Sequence record: LR756511.1
Direction: 5' to 3' (one strand)
Length of the DNA stretch: 64,000 nt
Part shown: one piece after another, positions 1-8,183 of the stretch
How positions within the stretch are numbered: the stretch's first letter is position 1
Layout: each line of letters begins with the position of its first letter
Notes under the pieces: model-generated
Database searches by the model: none
Told to the model about the DNA's origin: nothing
Seen by the model: the letters and a program-made list of their open reading frames with translations, nothing else
Translations under genes and position numbers: made by a program

Positions 1-273
1 AGGTCGCATCGTCTCCTTTATTTTTCTTTCTCTTCTTTTTCCTCTCATGTATTATAGTGTCACATGAACTACATTTGATAGAACTTAAACAATACAAAAG
101 CGGATACGGGACGCCTTTTTTGCTTTTTTTAAAACATTCTTCACATTGAGTATAGACTTTTCTCTCAGTTTCGGGTACACTTTCATCATCCCAATAAACA
201 AAGCAGTAATTAATTTTTTTCATATTATCTTCATTAAGGGAATTAGATTGGAAAAATTTTGACTAGATATTAC

Positions 274-1035
274 ATGCGAAAACTTCTATTTAGCTTGCTT
301 TTTTTTTGCGCCTCTCTGAATTCTAGTTTTGCTGGTGACGTTGATAAAAAATTACATCAACAGTGCCTTTACCCAACAATATACATCGGAAAAGCTGACC
401 AAACCTCTTATGGAAGTGGTGTTATTGTCCGCTCCGATAAAGTCAATGACACAACCTATAAGAACGTATTTTTGAGTTGTGCGCATCTCGTAGACGATAC
501 GAGTATCGACTATGAAGTAAAGCAATTTATATATGAAGAATGGTCGCAAGTTAAGGAAGTAAAAACGTATCCCGCCTTGTTTAATTCAATTCACCGAGCG
601 CAGGATTTAGCAATTGGGGTATTCTTCTCGTCAGAACCAATGCCAGTTGCCGAACTTGATTTTACTCCCAAACTTTACATCGGAAATGAAGTTTTTCGTA
701 TCGGGTGTGGATTGGGAGATGGTCCAAGACTTGATTATGGCAAACTTACCTATTACAAGAAGAAGCCACTTCCCACATTTAGAACATCAGTCATGACGGT
801 CCCAGGCGATTCAGGCTCACCATTATTCCATAACTATAAAGTAATTGGCATAATGGTTTCTATCCGCAGCTACAAGAACCTACCAGTATTCAATATATCC
901 TATAGCGTTCCATTAGAGCGTTTCCGCAACTGGAGTAATGAAAACGATCATGCCTTCGATTATGCATGGAGCGACAAAGAATTACCTAAAATGCCGTTTC
1001 ATTTCCTTGAATTTAATAACTATACAATGAAATAA
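274..1035 (+). CDS. Trypsin-like (S1) serine protease with probable Sec signal peptide
   Basis: Catalytic motifs LSCAH (His), DLAI (Asp) and PGDSGSP (Ser). N-terminus MRKLLFSLLFFCASLNSSFA looks like a signal peptide. Start moved to ATG 274. Confidence 0.85.
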   Translation: MRKLLFSLLFFCASLNSSFAGDVDKKLHQQCLYPTIYIGKADQTSYGSGVIVRSDKVNDTTYKNVFLSCAHLVDDTSIDYEVKQFIYEEWSQVKEVKTYPALFNSIHRAQDLAIGVFFSSEPMPVAELDFTPKLYIGNEVFRIGCGLGDGPRLDYGKLTYYKKKPLPTFRTSVMTVPGDSGSPLFHNYKVIGIMVSIRSYKNLPVFNISYSVPLERFRNWSNENDHAFDYAWSDKELPKMPFHFLEFNNYTMK

Positions 1036-1039
1036 AAAA

Positions 1040-1060
1040 GGGGGAGCTTAAAGCTCCCCC
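1040..1060 (-). terminator. Intrinsic terminator between convergent genes
   Basis: GGGGGAGCTT-A-AAGCTCCCCC inverted repeat. The A-run at 1034-1039 gives a U-tract on the minus strand. Confidence 0.75.
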
Positions 1061-1081
1061 TAGTGGTTTAAAGGTAGACTA

Positions 1082-1936
1082 TTACACCTTTAAATTTACA
1101 GCATTGTAGTTGCTGAATGGCGATACGGTGCCAACGGTTGTCGAACCGACATGCACATTCAAACTCTGCGGCGCATTCATTAAGTGGTTAACGCTTAGGT
1201 CAACGTTGCCAACCACGCCAACGTTAGGCAAAGCACCGCTGTCCTCTTTAGTAAAGTCAGCAAGACAAGCAGAATCCGCACTATAAACATTTGATGATGC
1301 TACCAATCCTTCTGTGCGGCACTTGTAGTAACCATCTAGGCACTTACGGTTTCTCTGCATACCGCGAGTTGCCATTTCCGACGAAGCGTTAGACCACAAG
1401 GCCATGTTTGCAATCGGAATGTTGGTTTCCGCAGCAACCTTCTCGATTTCCTTCTTGTCGCAACCCATGTAAGTGAACGTCCACTTACCTGTGTCCTGAC
1501 ATTCTTTAATCAAACCGTTAATACGGTTCTTGTAGTGCTTGGAAGCGTTTTCCGCACCATCGGAAACAATCACCATCAAATAAGCGGTGTTTTCGTCTGC
1601 TTCCGTTGTCTTCTTTAGCTTGGAAATCGCATACCCAATCGCATCATGCATTGCGGTTGAGCCTTCGGTCAAATAATCCTCAGCAGACGCTTCATTAAGC
1701 TCGTCGGCTGGAACACACCATTGGTGTTCAAATACATCACCATTGAAGGTGATTAAAGAACAGAAAATATCCTGTTCCTTGGAATTAATCTTCATTTGCT
1801 GCACTTGTTCATTATAGCCTTGTACAGCTTCGGCTTTTGTGCCAAACATTGATCCAGATTGATCGAGAATCAGTGTTACGTAGGTCTTTGGCTTGCTCAT
1901 CTTATTATCCTTCTTCTTGAGTTTCTTTGCTTTCAT
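1082..1936 (-). CDS. vWA domain protein
   Basis: MIDAS motif LILDQSGSM, T in GSTAMHDAIG, D in IVSDGAEN. Start is 1936 or 1900. Confidence 0.85.
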   Translation of the reverse strand: MKAKKLKKKDNKMSKPKTYVTLILDQSGSMFGTKAEAVQGYNEQVQQMKINSKEQDIFCSLITFNGDVFEHQWCVPADELNEASAEDYLTEGSTAMHDAIGYAISKLKKTTEADENTAYLMVIVSDGAENASKHYKNRINGLIKECQDTGKWTFTYMGCDKKEIEKVAAETNIPIANMALWSNASSEMATRGMQRNRKCLDGYYKCRTEGLVASSNVYSADSACLADFTKEDSGALPNVGVVGNVDLSVNHLMNAPQSLNVHVGSTTVGTVSPFSNYNAVNLKV

Positions 1937-1955
1937 GTTTTTCACCTTAAAAAAG

Positions 1956-1985
1956 AAGGGCGCTAGGCACACACCTAGCGCCCTT
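1956..1985 (-). terminator. Intrinsic terminator
   Basis: 12-bp perfect stem AAGGGCGCTAGG/CCTAGCGCCCTT with a 6-nt loop and a minus-strand U-tract. It argues against the ORF-track start at 1972. Confidence 0.8.
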
Positions 1986-1991
1986 GGTTAA

Positions 1992-3047
1992 TTATTTTGG
2001 TCCCTTGTTTTCGTCATCACGCCAATTCTTATAAAAAGCAGTATAAGAATCAGCATCATTGAAGTTTACGGGCTTGTGCGCACGAAGAAATGCTTTCTTC
2101 TTCAAGGCATTTAGAATTTCTGCCTCAGAAGGCGGGGCTACCCACTCTACCTTCTTCGCATTTTCAAAAGGGCGGTTGGACCTGCCAGCCCCCTTATCCG
2201 CTTTGAGAACTAACTTCAATGTCGGTAGCTTGCCGACACCTTCTAGCTTCTTAAATTCAACGGCTGCGGCATGATACCGCCTGGAGAATTTTTCGAAGGC
2301 ATCGCCTGCCACGACCATATCCATAATATCGTGGACTTTTTCGATGGATACATCCTTGAGCGCACCAATATCCATTGCAACACGAATTAACTGGCGCACG
2401 CGAATCGAGACACCATTCCACGAACGATTGGTTTGGTCACAGGTTCCATCTGGACGGAGTGGGCGGTTTCGATACAGTGGATTTTCGTCCACGAAATTAT
2501 CTGGCACCGCTCCAACAGGATGCACTTCCTTGATTTCCCCGCCAACATCAATGCTATCACGCTCTGGATAGCCCTTCTTTACTTCATCAAGAAGTTTGAA
2601 GGTAGTATCAACGTCAACGGTTCGTCCCGCAACGAATACGATGAACTTCTGACCACCAGAAATTTCCTTGAGGCGTTTGCCGACAGGATTGGTAGCCTCT
2701 TCGGGATCGTAGTGTTCTACGAGTTCCCTTAGACTCATCTTGTCAGCTTTCTTGGATGTGACTGGCCGACCTTCGTGAGATACCGCCGAATCTTCCTTCC
2801 CACGGAAAATCTTGGCAATATCCTTGGCTAGAAAGATAGGCTTAACCTTACCTTCTACGGCCATAAAGGATAGAATATCCTCATAAGATAGGCTCTTTAG
2901 CCTCTCTACCGTAGTTCCGCCTGCGGCCTTAATCGTCTCTGCGAATTGCTTTACGTCGTTGACGTAACCAGATTTGCCTTCACCGACCACGGAATTGTGT
3001 TCCGTGATTGCTGCGAGCGCAGCATCGAACATTTCTTGAACTGTCAT
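1992..3047 (-). CDS. Hypothetical early protein
   Basis: Long ORF. AAGGAAG RBS before ATG 3047, downstream of a consensus sigma70-type promoter. Confidence 0.8.
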   Translation of the reverse strand: MTVQEMFDAALAAITEHNSVVGEGKSGYVNDVKQFAETIKAAGGTTVERLKSLSYEDILSFMAVEGKVKPIFLAKDIAKIFRGKEDSAVSHEGRPVTSKKADKMSLRELVEHYDPEEATNPVGKRLKEISGGQKFIVFVAGRTVDVDTTFKLLDEVKKGYPERDSIDVGGEIKEVHPVGAVPDNFVDENPLYRNRPLRPDGTCDQTNRSWNGVSIRVRQLIRVAMDIGALKDVSIEKVHDIMDMVVAGDAFEKFSRRYHAAAVEFKKLEGVGKLPTLKLVLKADKGAGRSNRPFENAKKVEWVAPPSEAEILNALKKKAFLRAHKPVNFNDADSYTAFYKNWRDDENKGPK

Positions 3048-3121
3048 CTTACACTTCCTTTCTTTCGCAGCCGATTGCTGCAACTTCTACTTCGCGGCCC
3101 TTTGCCGCAAGTGACATATCT

Positions 3122-3149
3122 ATCATAGTTGCGTTTGAGTTTTTGTCAA
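3122..3149 (-). promoter_or_regulatory. Sigma70-type early promoter
   Basis: Minus strand TTGACA-N16-TATGAT with AT-rich upstream sequence. Confidence 0.8.
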
Positions 3150-3167
3150 GAAAAATTTTTGCTCAGA

Positions 3168-3425
3168 CTATTTTTTCTTCATCTTCTTCATGCGAAGGGG
3201 ACCGATATTGGCGAGGGCATTGCCTGTGCCTGAAGCGGCACCTGGAGGCATTGACCCTGCGTTACCACAATGTTTGGAGTAGTATGGATCGCAATTGTGC
3301 GGATGTAGCATATTGGGATTCACCCTGGAATTACCTTCATATGGCACCCCTGGATTACCCATAAGTCCTCCACCCTCACGGACTTGCAAAAATTCACGAA
3401 ATGTTTTCACATAGTTATGTATCAC
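3168..3425 (-). CDS. Small basic protein with capsid-targeting-like motif (putative internal head protein)
   Basis: VKTFREFLQVRE near the N-terminus and an MKKMKKK tail. Confidence 0.6.
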   Translation of the reverse strand: MIHNYVKTFREFLQVREGGGLMGNPGVPYEGNSRVNPNMLHPHNCDPYYSKHCGNAGSMPPGAASGTGNALANIGPLRMKKMKKK

Positions 3426-3463
3426 TGTGAGACTAAGCTTTCAGAAATTTTTCAGGAAACGAC

Positions 3464-3491
3464 TTGACAATAGAACAAACGCGCGTAAAGT
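3464..3491 (+). promoter_or_regulatory. Sigma70-type early promoter
   Basis: TTGACA-N16-TAAAGT upstream of the 3547 gene. Confidence 0.7.
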
Positions 3492-3546
3492 TAGTATATC
3501 GGTGTTAGTTGTTAGTTCCATCACAACTCTACAAGAGGTTTGGGAA

Positions 3547-4029
3547 ATGGAAAGCACATCGGCGTCGGAAGTCAAGGTTGGACAAGAGTTTGCGCAACCA
3601 AAGCCTGAAGAGATTAAGGCTGGGTCCGAGCAGAATCTGTTCGGCAATCTCGAAAGCGCGGTGAATGATGCAACGAGTCAGATTCGTCATTGCGACGAAC
3701 AGATCGCGTTGTGGAACCAGCGCAAACAATCGTATCAGACGAAAATGAACGAAATGCTCGACGGATTGCGCAAGCAATTCGGCAACGGGACGGCTCCAAA
3801 GCAAGCTTCCACTCCAAAAACTCGCGCCAAGAAGGGTAGCGGCGGCACGGTTCCAGAGCTTATCCGTGGTTTCCTTGAAGGCCACGGACCCGCTCGCACC
3901 CGTGACATTCGCAAGCATCTCTTGTCCAAGGGCAAGAAGACGAATCCAGGCGTTGCTCTCAGCCGCATGGTCAAGCAAGGTGAACTCAAGAACACCGAGC
4001 GCGGCACCTACCAAATCGCCAGCAAGTAA
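3547..4029 (+). CDS. Coiled-coil plus C-terminal winged-helix DNA-binding protein
   Basis: Heptad-like middle region. C-terminus IRGFLEGHGPARTRDIRKHL...VALSRMVKQGELKNTERGTYQI fits a wHTH with wing. GAGG RBS before ATG 3547. Confidence 0.7.
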   Translation: MESTSASEVKVGQEFAQPKPEEIKAGSEQNLFGNLESAVNDATSQIRHCDEQIALWNQRKQSYQTKMNEMLDGLRKQFGNGTAPKQASTPKTRAKKGSGGTVPELIRGFLEGHGPARTRDIRKHLLSKGKKTNPGVALSRMVKQGELKNTERGTYQIASK

Positions 4030-4036
4030 CATCAGC

Positions 4037-4079
4037 AATAAAAAGGAGCGGTGGCAAAATACCACCGCTCCTTTTTATT
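4037..4079. terminator. Bidirectional intrinsic terminator
   Basis: 18-bp perfect inverted repeat AATAAAAAGGAGCGGTGG/CCACCGCTCCTTTTTATT between convergent genes. Confidence 0.9.
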
Positions 4080-4434
4080 CATTCCAATCAAAAGCATACT
4101 GCCAGCCATTTCCGATCACTTCTGCGGCGCGCACACTTGTTGTAGTGTAGGTTTTCTTAATGGATGGTATGTGAAACTCCATGTGCAATCCATAACCAAT
4201 CCAGCCTACCTTTAACATTGACCCGCCAAACGTCGATCCCGCAAAATTAACCTCTGTAGGCTCTGGAAAGTATCTCCCACCTTGAATTGTAACGTCATAT
4301 TTGTCTTTAAATCCTTTAATGATTTTATAGCGACTGTTTAGTGTGTAAGCTATTACAATCATTCCAGGCTTTAATTTATGGACATTTACGCCGTCACTAA
4401 AATTGCATTTGTCTAAATCAATAGCTAAGTTCAT
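4075..4434 (-). CDS. Hypothetical protein
   Basis: 119-aa ORF overlapping the upstream gene's stop codon (coupled). Confidence 0.7.
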   Translation of the reverse strand: MNLAIDLDKCNFSDGVNVHKLKPGMIVIAYTLNSRYKIIKGFKDKYDVTIQGGRYFPEPTEVNFAGSTFGGSMLKVGWIGYGLHMEFHIPSIKKTYTTTSVRAAEVIGNGWQYAFDWNE

Positions 4435-5006
4435 TTCGGTAGTAATTGGTTATGCATAAACTCTGGCAAACGGTTTGCGACAATCAATAAGAATTTCTCA
4501 GACGCTTTTGGAGTAAAAGTCAATCTGATGTATTTGCGTTCTTTTGTCAATATCGTTTCACCGATTTGAGCTTCCTTGAAATAATCCGAAATGATTTTCG
4601 TGCCTTCCTCACCAAACTTGTTTGTATTAAGAATGACCTTATCCTTCTTTAATTTGCCACAATCAGCATACCAAATCGCTAGCCCGATATCACGAAGCGT
4701 ATCTAAAATTGACATCTTCACGACTTTTTTGCCATTCTCATAGAACATTTCATAGTAATCCCTGAAGACAGGATAGCAATTTGAATGCCATCGTAGAGTA
4801 TTGCCTTCCTGTGTAAACGGACGCTGAGAGGCCAAAGAAATAAGCTCTCCAGCCTTATAGTTAAGCCAGTTCTTATCTGCTGATCTCATAAAGAGATAGC
4901 AATTTCTTCCTTGTTTCGGTTTAACCAGAGAAGAACCGCCTAATACTGTGCCAACAATAATTTGCCTGTGCCAATCCGCAATTTCAGGGTTATCAAAATA
5001 CGTCAT
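4431..5006 (-). CDS. Free-standing LAGLIDADG homing-endonuclease-like protein (degenerate motifs)
   Basis: IIVGTVLGGSS and LAIWYADCG occupy the two LAGLIDADG helix positions. Start moved to ATG 5006. Confidence 0.7.
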   Translation of the reverse strand: MTYFDNPEIADWHRQIIVGTVLGGSSLVKPKQGRNCYLFMRSADKNWLNYKAGELISLASQRPFTQEGNTLRWHSNCYPVFRDYYEMFYENGKKVVKMSILDTLRDIGLAIWYADCGKLKKDKVILNTNKFGEEGTKIISDYFKEAQIGETILTKERKYIRLTFTPKASEKFLLIVANRLPEFMHNQLLPK

Positions 5007-5104
5007 GTAGTTATATATTAACATTGGTAAATTTTAACCAATTTACCTTGAAATATTTTTGGAAGAAAATAGATATGGTTGAAATCTTTATTGGAGGATA
5101 TAAG

Positions 5105-5488
5105 ATGGGTGCAACAAGTGTAACAGGTATTTATAACAATGGCGCAGGCGCAGCCGACGCATACGGTGCTGGTAATAAAGGCTCCGAGCGTATGTCTCTT
5201 GGTGTTCATCGTTTGATTGGTCCAAGAGTTGTTGGTTGCGGTGACATCACTTTGGATGCGAATGGTAATGGTTTGGTAGTGTTCCCAGCCCTTCCAGGCG
5301 GACCTAACCTATATTGCCCATTCCTTTCGACTGAAAGTGCAACCGCTCCTTATTGGGGCAATTTCACGGTAACTAGCTTCACCGTAACTGGTGGCGTTAC
5401 CGCTGATATCTGTTGGCAGATCGTAAAGAAGGGTCTTTGGGGTTCTTTGGAGAACGATGGACCATCTTCTGTAATAGCAAATACGTAA
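5105..5488 (+). CDS. Putative virion structural (beta-rich) protein
   Basis: Strong GGAGG RBS, Gly/Thr/Val-rich composition and its own strong terminator. Confidence 0.55.
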   Translation: MGATSVTGIYNNGAGAADAYGAGNKGSERMSLGVHRLIGPRVVGCGDITLDANGNGLVVFPALPGGPNLYCPFLSTESATAPYWGNFTVTSFTVTGGVTADICWQIVKKGLWGSLENDGPSSVIANT

Positions 5489-5510
5489 GCAAAGAAATAG
5501 CCTTTCTAAT

Positions 5511-5555
5511 TAACAAAATGCTTGACGCATCGGATGTGCGTCAAGCATTTTGTTA
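5511..5555. terminator. Long hairpin/terminator between convergent genes
   Basis: 19-bp perfect inverted repeat TAACAAAATGCTTGACGCA/TGCGTCAAGCATTTTGTTA with a 7-nt loop. Confidence 0.8.
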
Positions 5556-5624
5556 TGTACGTAGAAAATGCCAGCAAAAGCTGGCATTTGGCGACCGCCA
5601 ATTATTCTATTAGCATCATTTCAT

Positions 5625-5783
5625 TCATTTTTTGTCTTTGGTCTTACCAAAGACTTTTTCTTTATGTTCCTCAGACTCGCCCTCTTCATCGTCGTCGTCT
5701 AAGTCCTTATGAAGTTTTTCTTCTTTTTCCTCTATATCGGCTTTTTCGCCTTTGCCCTCAAGAAAATCTTTCCAACTTTTCAT
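5625..5783 (-). CDS. Small highly charged protein with capsid-targeting-like N-terminus
   Basis: AAGGAGG RBS. Starts MKSWKDFLE, and the rest is K/E/D-rich. Confidence 0.65.
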   Translation of the reverse strand: MKSWKDFLEGKGEKADIEEKEEKLHKDLDDDDEEGESEEHKEKVFGKTKDKK

Positions 5784-5796
5784 AATAACCTCCTTA

Positions 5797-6045
5797 TTAT
5801 GTATGCTCATGTTCACACTTTCCAACATCTAAGCAGTCATGTGTAATGAAATCTTTTAAAATGTAACTAGTGAATAGTGAAGCTAACCCCAGGAAAAAGT
5901 CAGTTGTGGGTGCTGCCATAATTCGCCAGTCCCATGAATTAGTATCGTAAATACCCCAAAAGGAAATTACGGATACAACAAGGTGAATTATACCTTCGGC
6001 AAAATTTACCAAAGTTAGAAATCTAATAATGAATTGTTTTAACAT
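5797..6045 (-). CDS. Small membrane protein (2 hydrophobic segments)
   Basis: FAEGIIHLVVSVISFWGI and FFLGLASLFTSYIL. Start moved to 6045. Confidence 0.55.
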   Translation of the reverse strand: MLKQFIIRFLTLVNFAEGIIHLVVSVISFWGIYDTNSWDWRIMAAPTTDFFLGLASLFTSYILKDFITHDCLDVGKCEHEHT

Positions 6046-6071
6046 ATATATTTCAAATAGAGGAGTAAGAT

Positions 6072-6611
6072 ATGGCAACTTTCAATGAATATCATTCAAT
6101 AAGAGAAGAATATGATACTCAAACCGAAATTTTGATGTTCGAACAAGAGCTTTTCGAGTGGAAGAAAACGCATCCAGGCAAAGACATATCCAAGAAAAAG
6201 AAGTCTGATCTGGTAAAACGTGCCCGCAGAGGCGAAGACGTTTTTGGTGGCGGCAAGAATTTCGAGAAAATCGAAAAGAGTGCTTCGAAACGTTATGGTT
6301 CTGAAGAAGCTGGCAAGCGCGTAGCTGGCGCAATCATGTGGAAAAAAGCCAAAGGCAAGCACATGACCAAGGAAGATGTTGACGATGTTATCTGGATCGT
6401 TGAAGATGACATGGAAGTAATTCTCGACCACGCTATTGAGGAACAACAACTCTTTACAGAAAAGAAGAAAAACTGGATTAAGGGTGCAATTAAACACCCT
6501 GGACGTTGTACTCCTATGTCCAAGCCAGGGTGTAAAGGTGCAGCTAGAGCTTTAGCAATTAGATTCAAACGCGGAGATATACACCAGGACAATTTAGAAA
6601 AAGATGAATAA
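6072..6611 (+). CDS. Basic putative internal head protein
   Basis: GAGGAG RBS. Starts MATFNEYHSIREE, has Lys/Arg-rich blocks and a WIKGAIKHPG motif. Confidence 0.65.
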   Translation: MATFNEYHSIREEYDTQTEILMFEQELFEWKKTHPGKDISKKKKSDLVKRARRGEDVFGGGKNFEKIEKSASKRYGSEEAGKRVAGAIMWKKAKGKHMTKEDVDDVIWIVEDDMEVILDHAIEEQQLFTEKKKNWIKGAIKHPGRCTPMSKPGCKGAARALAIRFKRGDIHQDNLEKDE

Positions 6612-6846
6612 GCTTGATTTTAAACTTTGGATCGAACACAGTAGGACAGGGGCGGGTAAACTAGCTTTATATCCGCCTCTGTATACTCAATACATGAATT
6701 ACCCACCACAAGATGTTGTGACGTGGAGTGCCGACGCCATTACTTACATGGACCCCGCCGACGTACAATTCAAAGCAATTGAAGGCAAATTTCAACCTTA
6801 TTTCTGGTATGATAAGGTCAATCGTTTCTTAAAGAATGCTCCCTAA
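6604..6846 (+). CDS. Hypothetical protein with capsid-targeting-like N-terminus
   Basis: Starts MNKLDFKLWIE and is coupled to the upstream gene. Confidence 0.6.
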   Translation: MNKLDFKLWIEHSRTGAGKLALYPPLYTQYMNYPPQDVVTWSADAITYMDPADVQFKAIEGKFQPYFWYDKVNRFLKNAP

Positions 6847-7884
6847 CTCCAAAAATGCATCAACCCAAAGCTTTCTTGCGGGACATTGCCAAGAATACTC
6901 ATTCCTAATTTGATCCCTGGCCGTATCATTGATTTTTTGCCTAAGTTCTTTGTTTTCTACAAGTTCCGTTAAAATCTCTTCCCATGCATTACTATCGCCT
7001 GCATTGATCTTGAATCCTGTCTCTTTATCTTTTATCATGGAATATGGCGCTAGATCGGTTGCCACGCACGCGGCCCCAGCCATTGACATTTCGAGATATT
7101 TTAATCCGCTTTTTGAAGTATTGAATTCACAGTCGTCCAAAGGCATAATTGCAATATCTGGCTTTAGGTTTCTCAGTTTTGGGAAATACTCTCTAAGAGA
7201 AAACCATTCGCCTAAAAATAGGTTGTTGTATTTTGGCACAACGGTCGCGTGTGGTAGTCCTGGTTGACGTTCAAATTTTGCCAAAGACGTAGGTAAATAG
7301 CCCCAAAATATAACGGCGAGTTTATCACCGTATTTCTCAAGGATGTGGATTAGCGGTTCTACAGCATCATCAAGGTCTTTTTCATGACTTGCGGACCCTG
7401 CCCATACAATCTTAATTGGACCGTCTTCCCTAACAATTGAATCATTAAACTTATTTACATCAACCAAATTAGGCAAGATTCTTACCTTATCAGGCGATCC
7501 GATAAACTCTCCAAGGGGAGGCGTGCTAGCCCACAGTTTTTCACATTTGCTAATGTAAAAATTAGTTGCAGCGAAATCTTCGTCCTTAATCATTGGATTG
7601 ACAGGATTCCAGTCGGGAATTCGCCAAAGATTATCGTCGCCTTGCCAAACAAACTTTTTGCCCACTTGTAGCAACGGCTCCATGAACCTTAAATACAAAT
7701 CTGGTCTGACAATCCTGTTAAACACATACACATCAAACTCTTCATACTTTAATGGCCTAAATTCTGCTGTTATCTCAATTCCGTTTAAACTTAATTCATG
7801 TTGGCAATGGAAGAAAGGCAATGTATTTCTGTAATACGTGCAAGCTTTATCATCAGGCAAGTGCAAAAAAATTCTTGTAGGCAT
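6829..7884 (-). CDS. GT-B fold glycosyltransferase (GT4-like)
   Basis: IVWAGSASH, DIAIMPL..FNTSKSGLKYLEMSMAGAACVATD and PYS are typical of GT4-like enzymes. Confidence 0.8.
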   Translation of the reverse strand: MPTRIFLHLPDDKACTYYRNTLPFFHCQHELSLNGIEITAEFRPLKYEEFDVYVFNRIVRPDLYLRFMEPLLQVGKKFVWQGDDNLWRIPDWNPVNPMIKDEDFAATNFYISKCEKLWASTPPLGEFIGSPDKVRILPNLVDVNKFNDSIVREDGPIKIVWAGSASHEKDLDDAVEPLIHILEKYGDKLAVIFWGYLPTSLAKFERQPGLPHATVVPKYNNLFLGEWFSLREYFPKLRNLKPDIAIMPLDDCEFNTSKSGLKYLEMSMAGAACVATDLAPYSMIKDKETGFKINAGDSNAWEEILTELVENKELRQKINDTARDQIRNEYSWQCPARKLWVDAFLELGSIL

Positions 7885-7915
7885 TTAAATTCAAATAGTT
7901 AGACTCTAATAATAT

Positions 7916-8182
7916 ATGGATCAAAAGGATAAGAAAAAATTCGAAATAAAGTTTCAGAAAGTAAATGGCAAAGTCGCTAAGGCCGTTTTTATTGATGATG
8001 TAATGCTGGATTATTCGGTAGATGTGGAAGCTCTTAGGAAAGTTTCTGAGTTAGGTGTTGAATACAAAAAAGCTGCCCTGCTAGATATTGAAAATCATTT
8101 CACTGAATGTGTAAGTGAAGTGGTTGGTCGTAAAGTTACTAAAGAAGAAATACATAAGGCTTTTCTAACTGGCTGGATTTAA
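7916..8182 (+). CDS. Hypothetical protein
   Basis: 88-aa ORF ending 1 nt before lat. Confidence 0.65.
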   Translation: MDQKDKKKFEIKFQKVNGKVAKAVFIDDVMLDYSVDVEALRKVSELGVEYKKAALLDIENHFTECVSEVVGRKVTKEEIHKAFLTGWI

Positions 8183-8183
8183 A

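Noticed and set aside
1-9. Start of a minus-strand gene (AAGGAG RBS, ATG at 9) with TATAAT at 51-56
   Set aside because: Probably real, but only three codons lie in the window, so nothing can be assigned.
3441-4150. Several minus-strand and alternative-frame ORFs over the wHTH gene, including 3529-4065
   Set aside because: Higher GC reduces stop frequency. The plus-strand gene has the promoter, RBS, terminator and a paralog.
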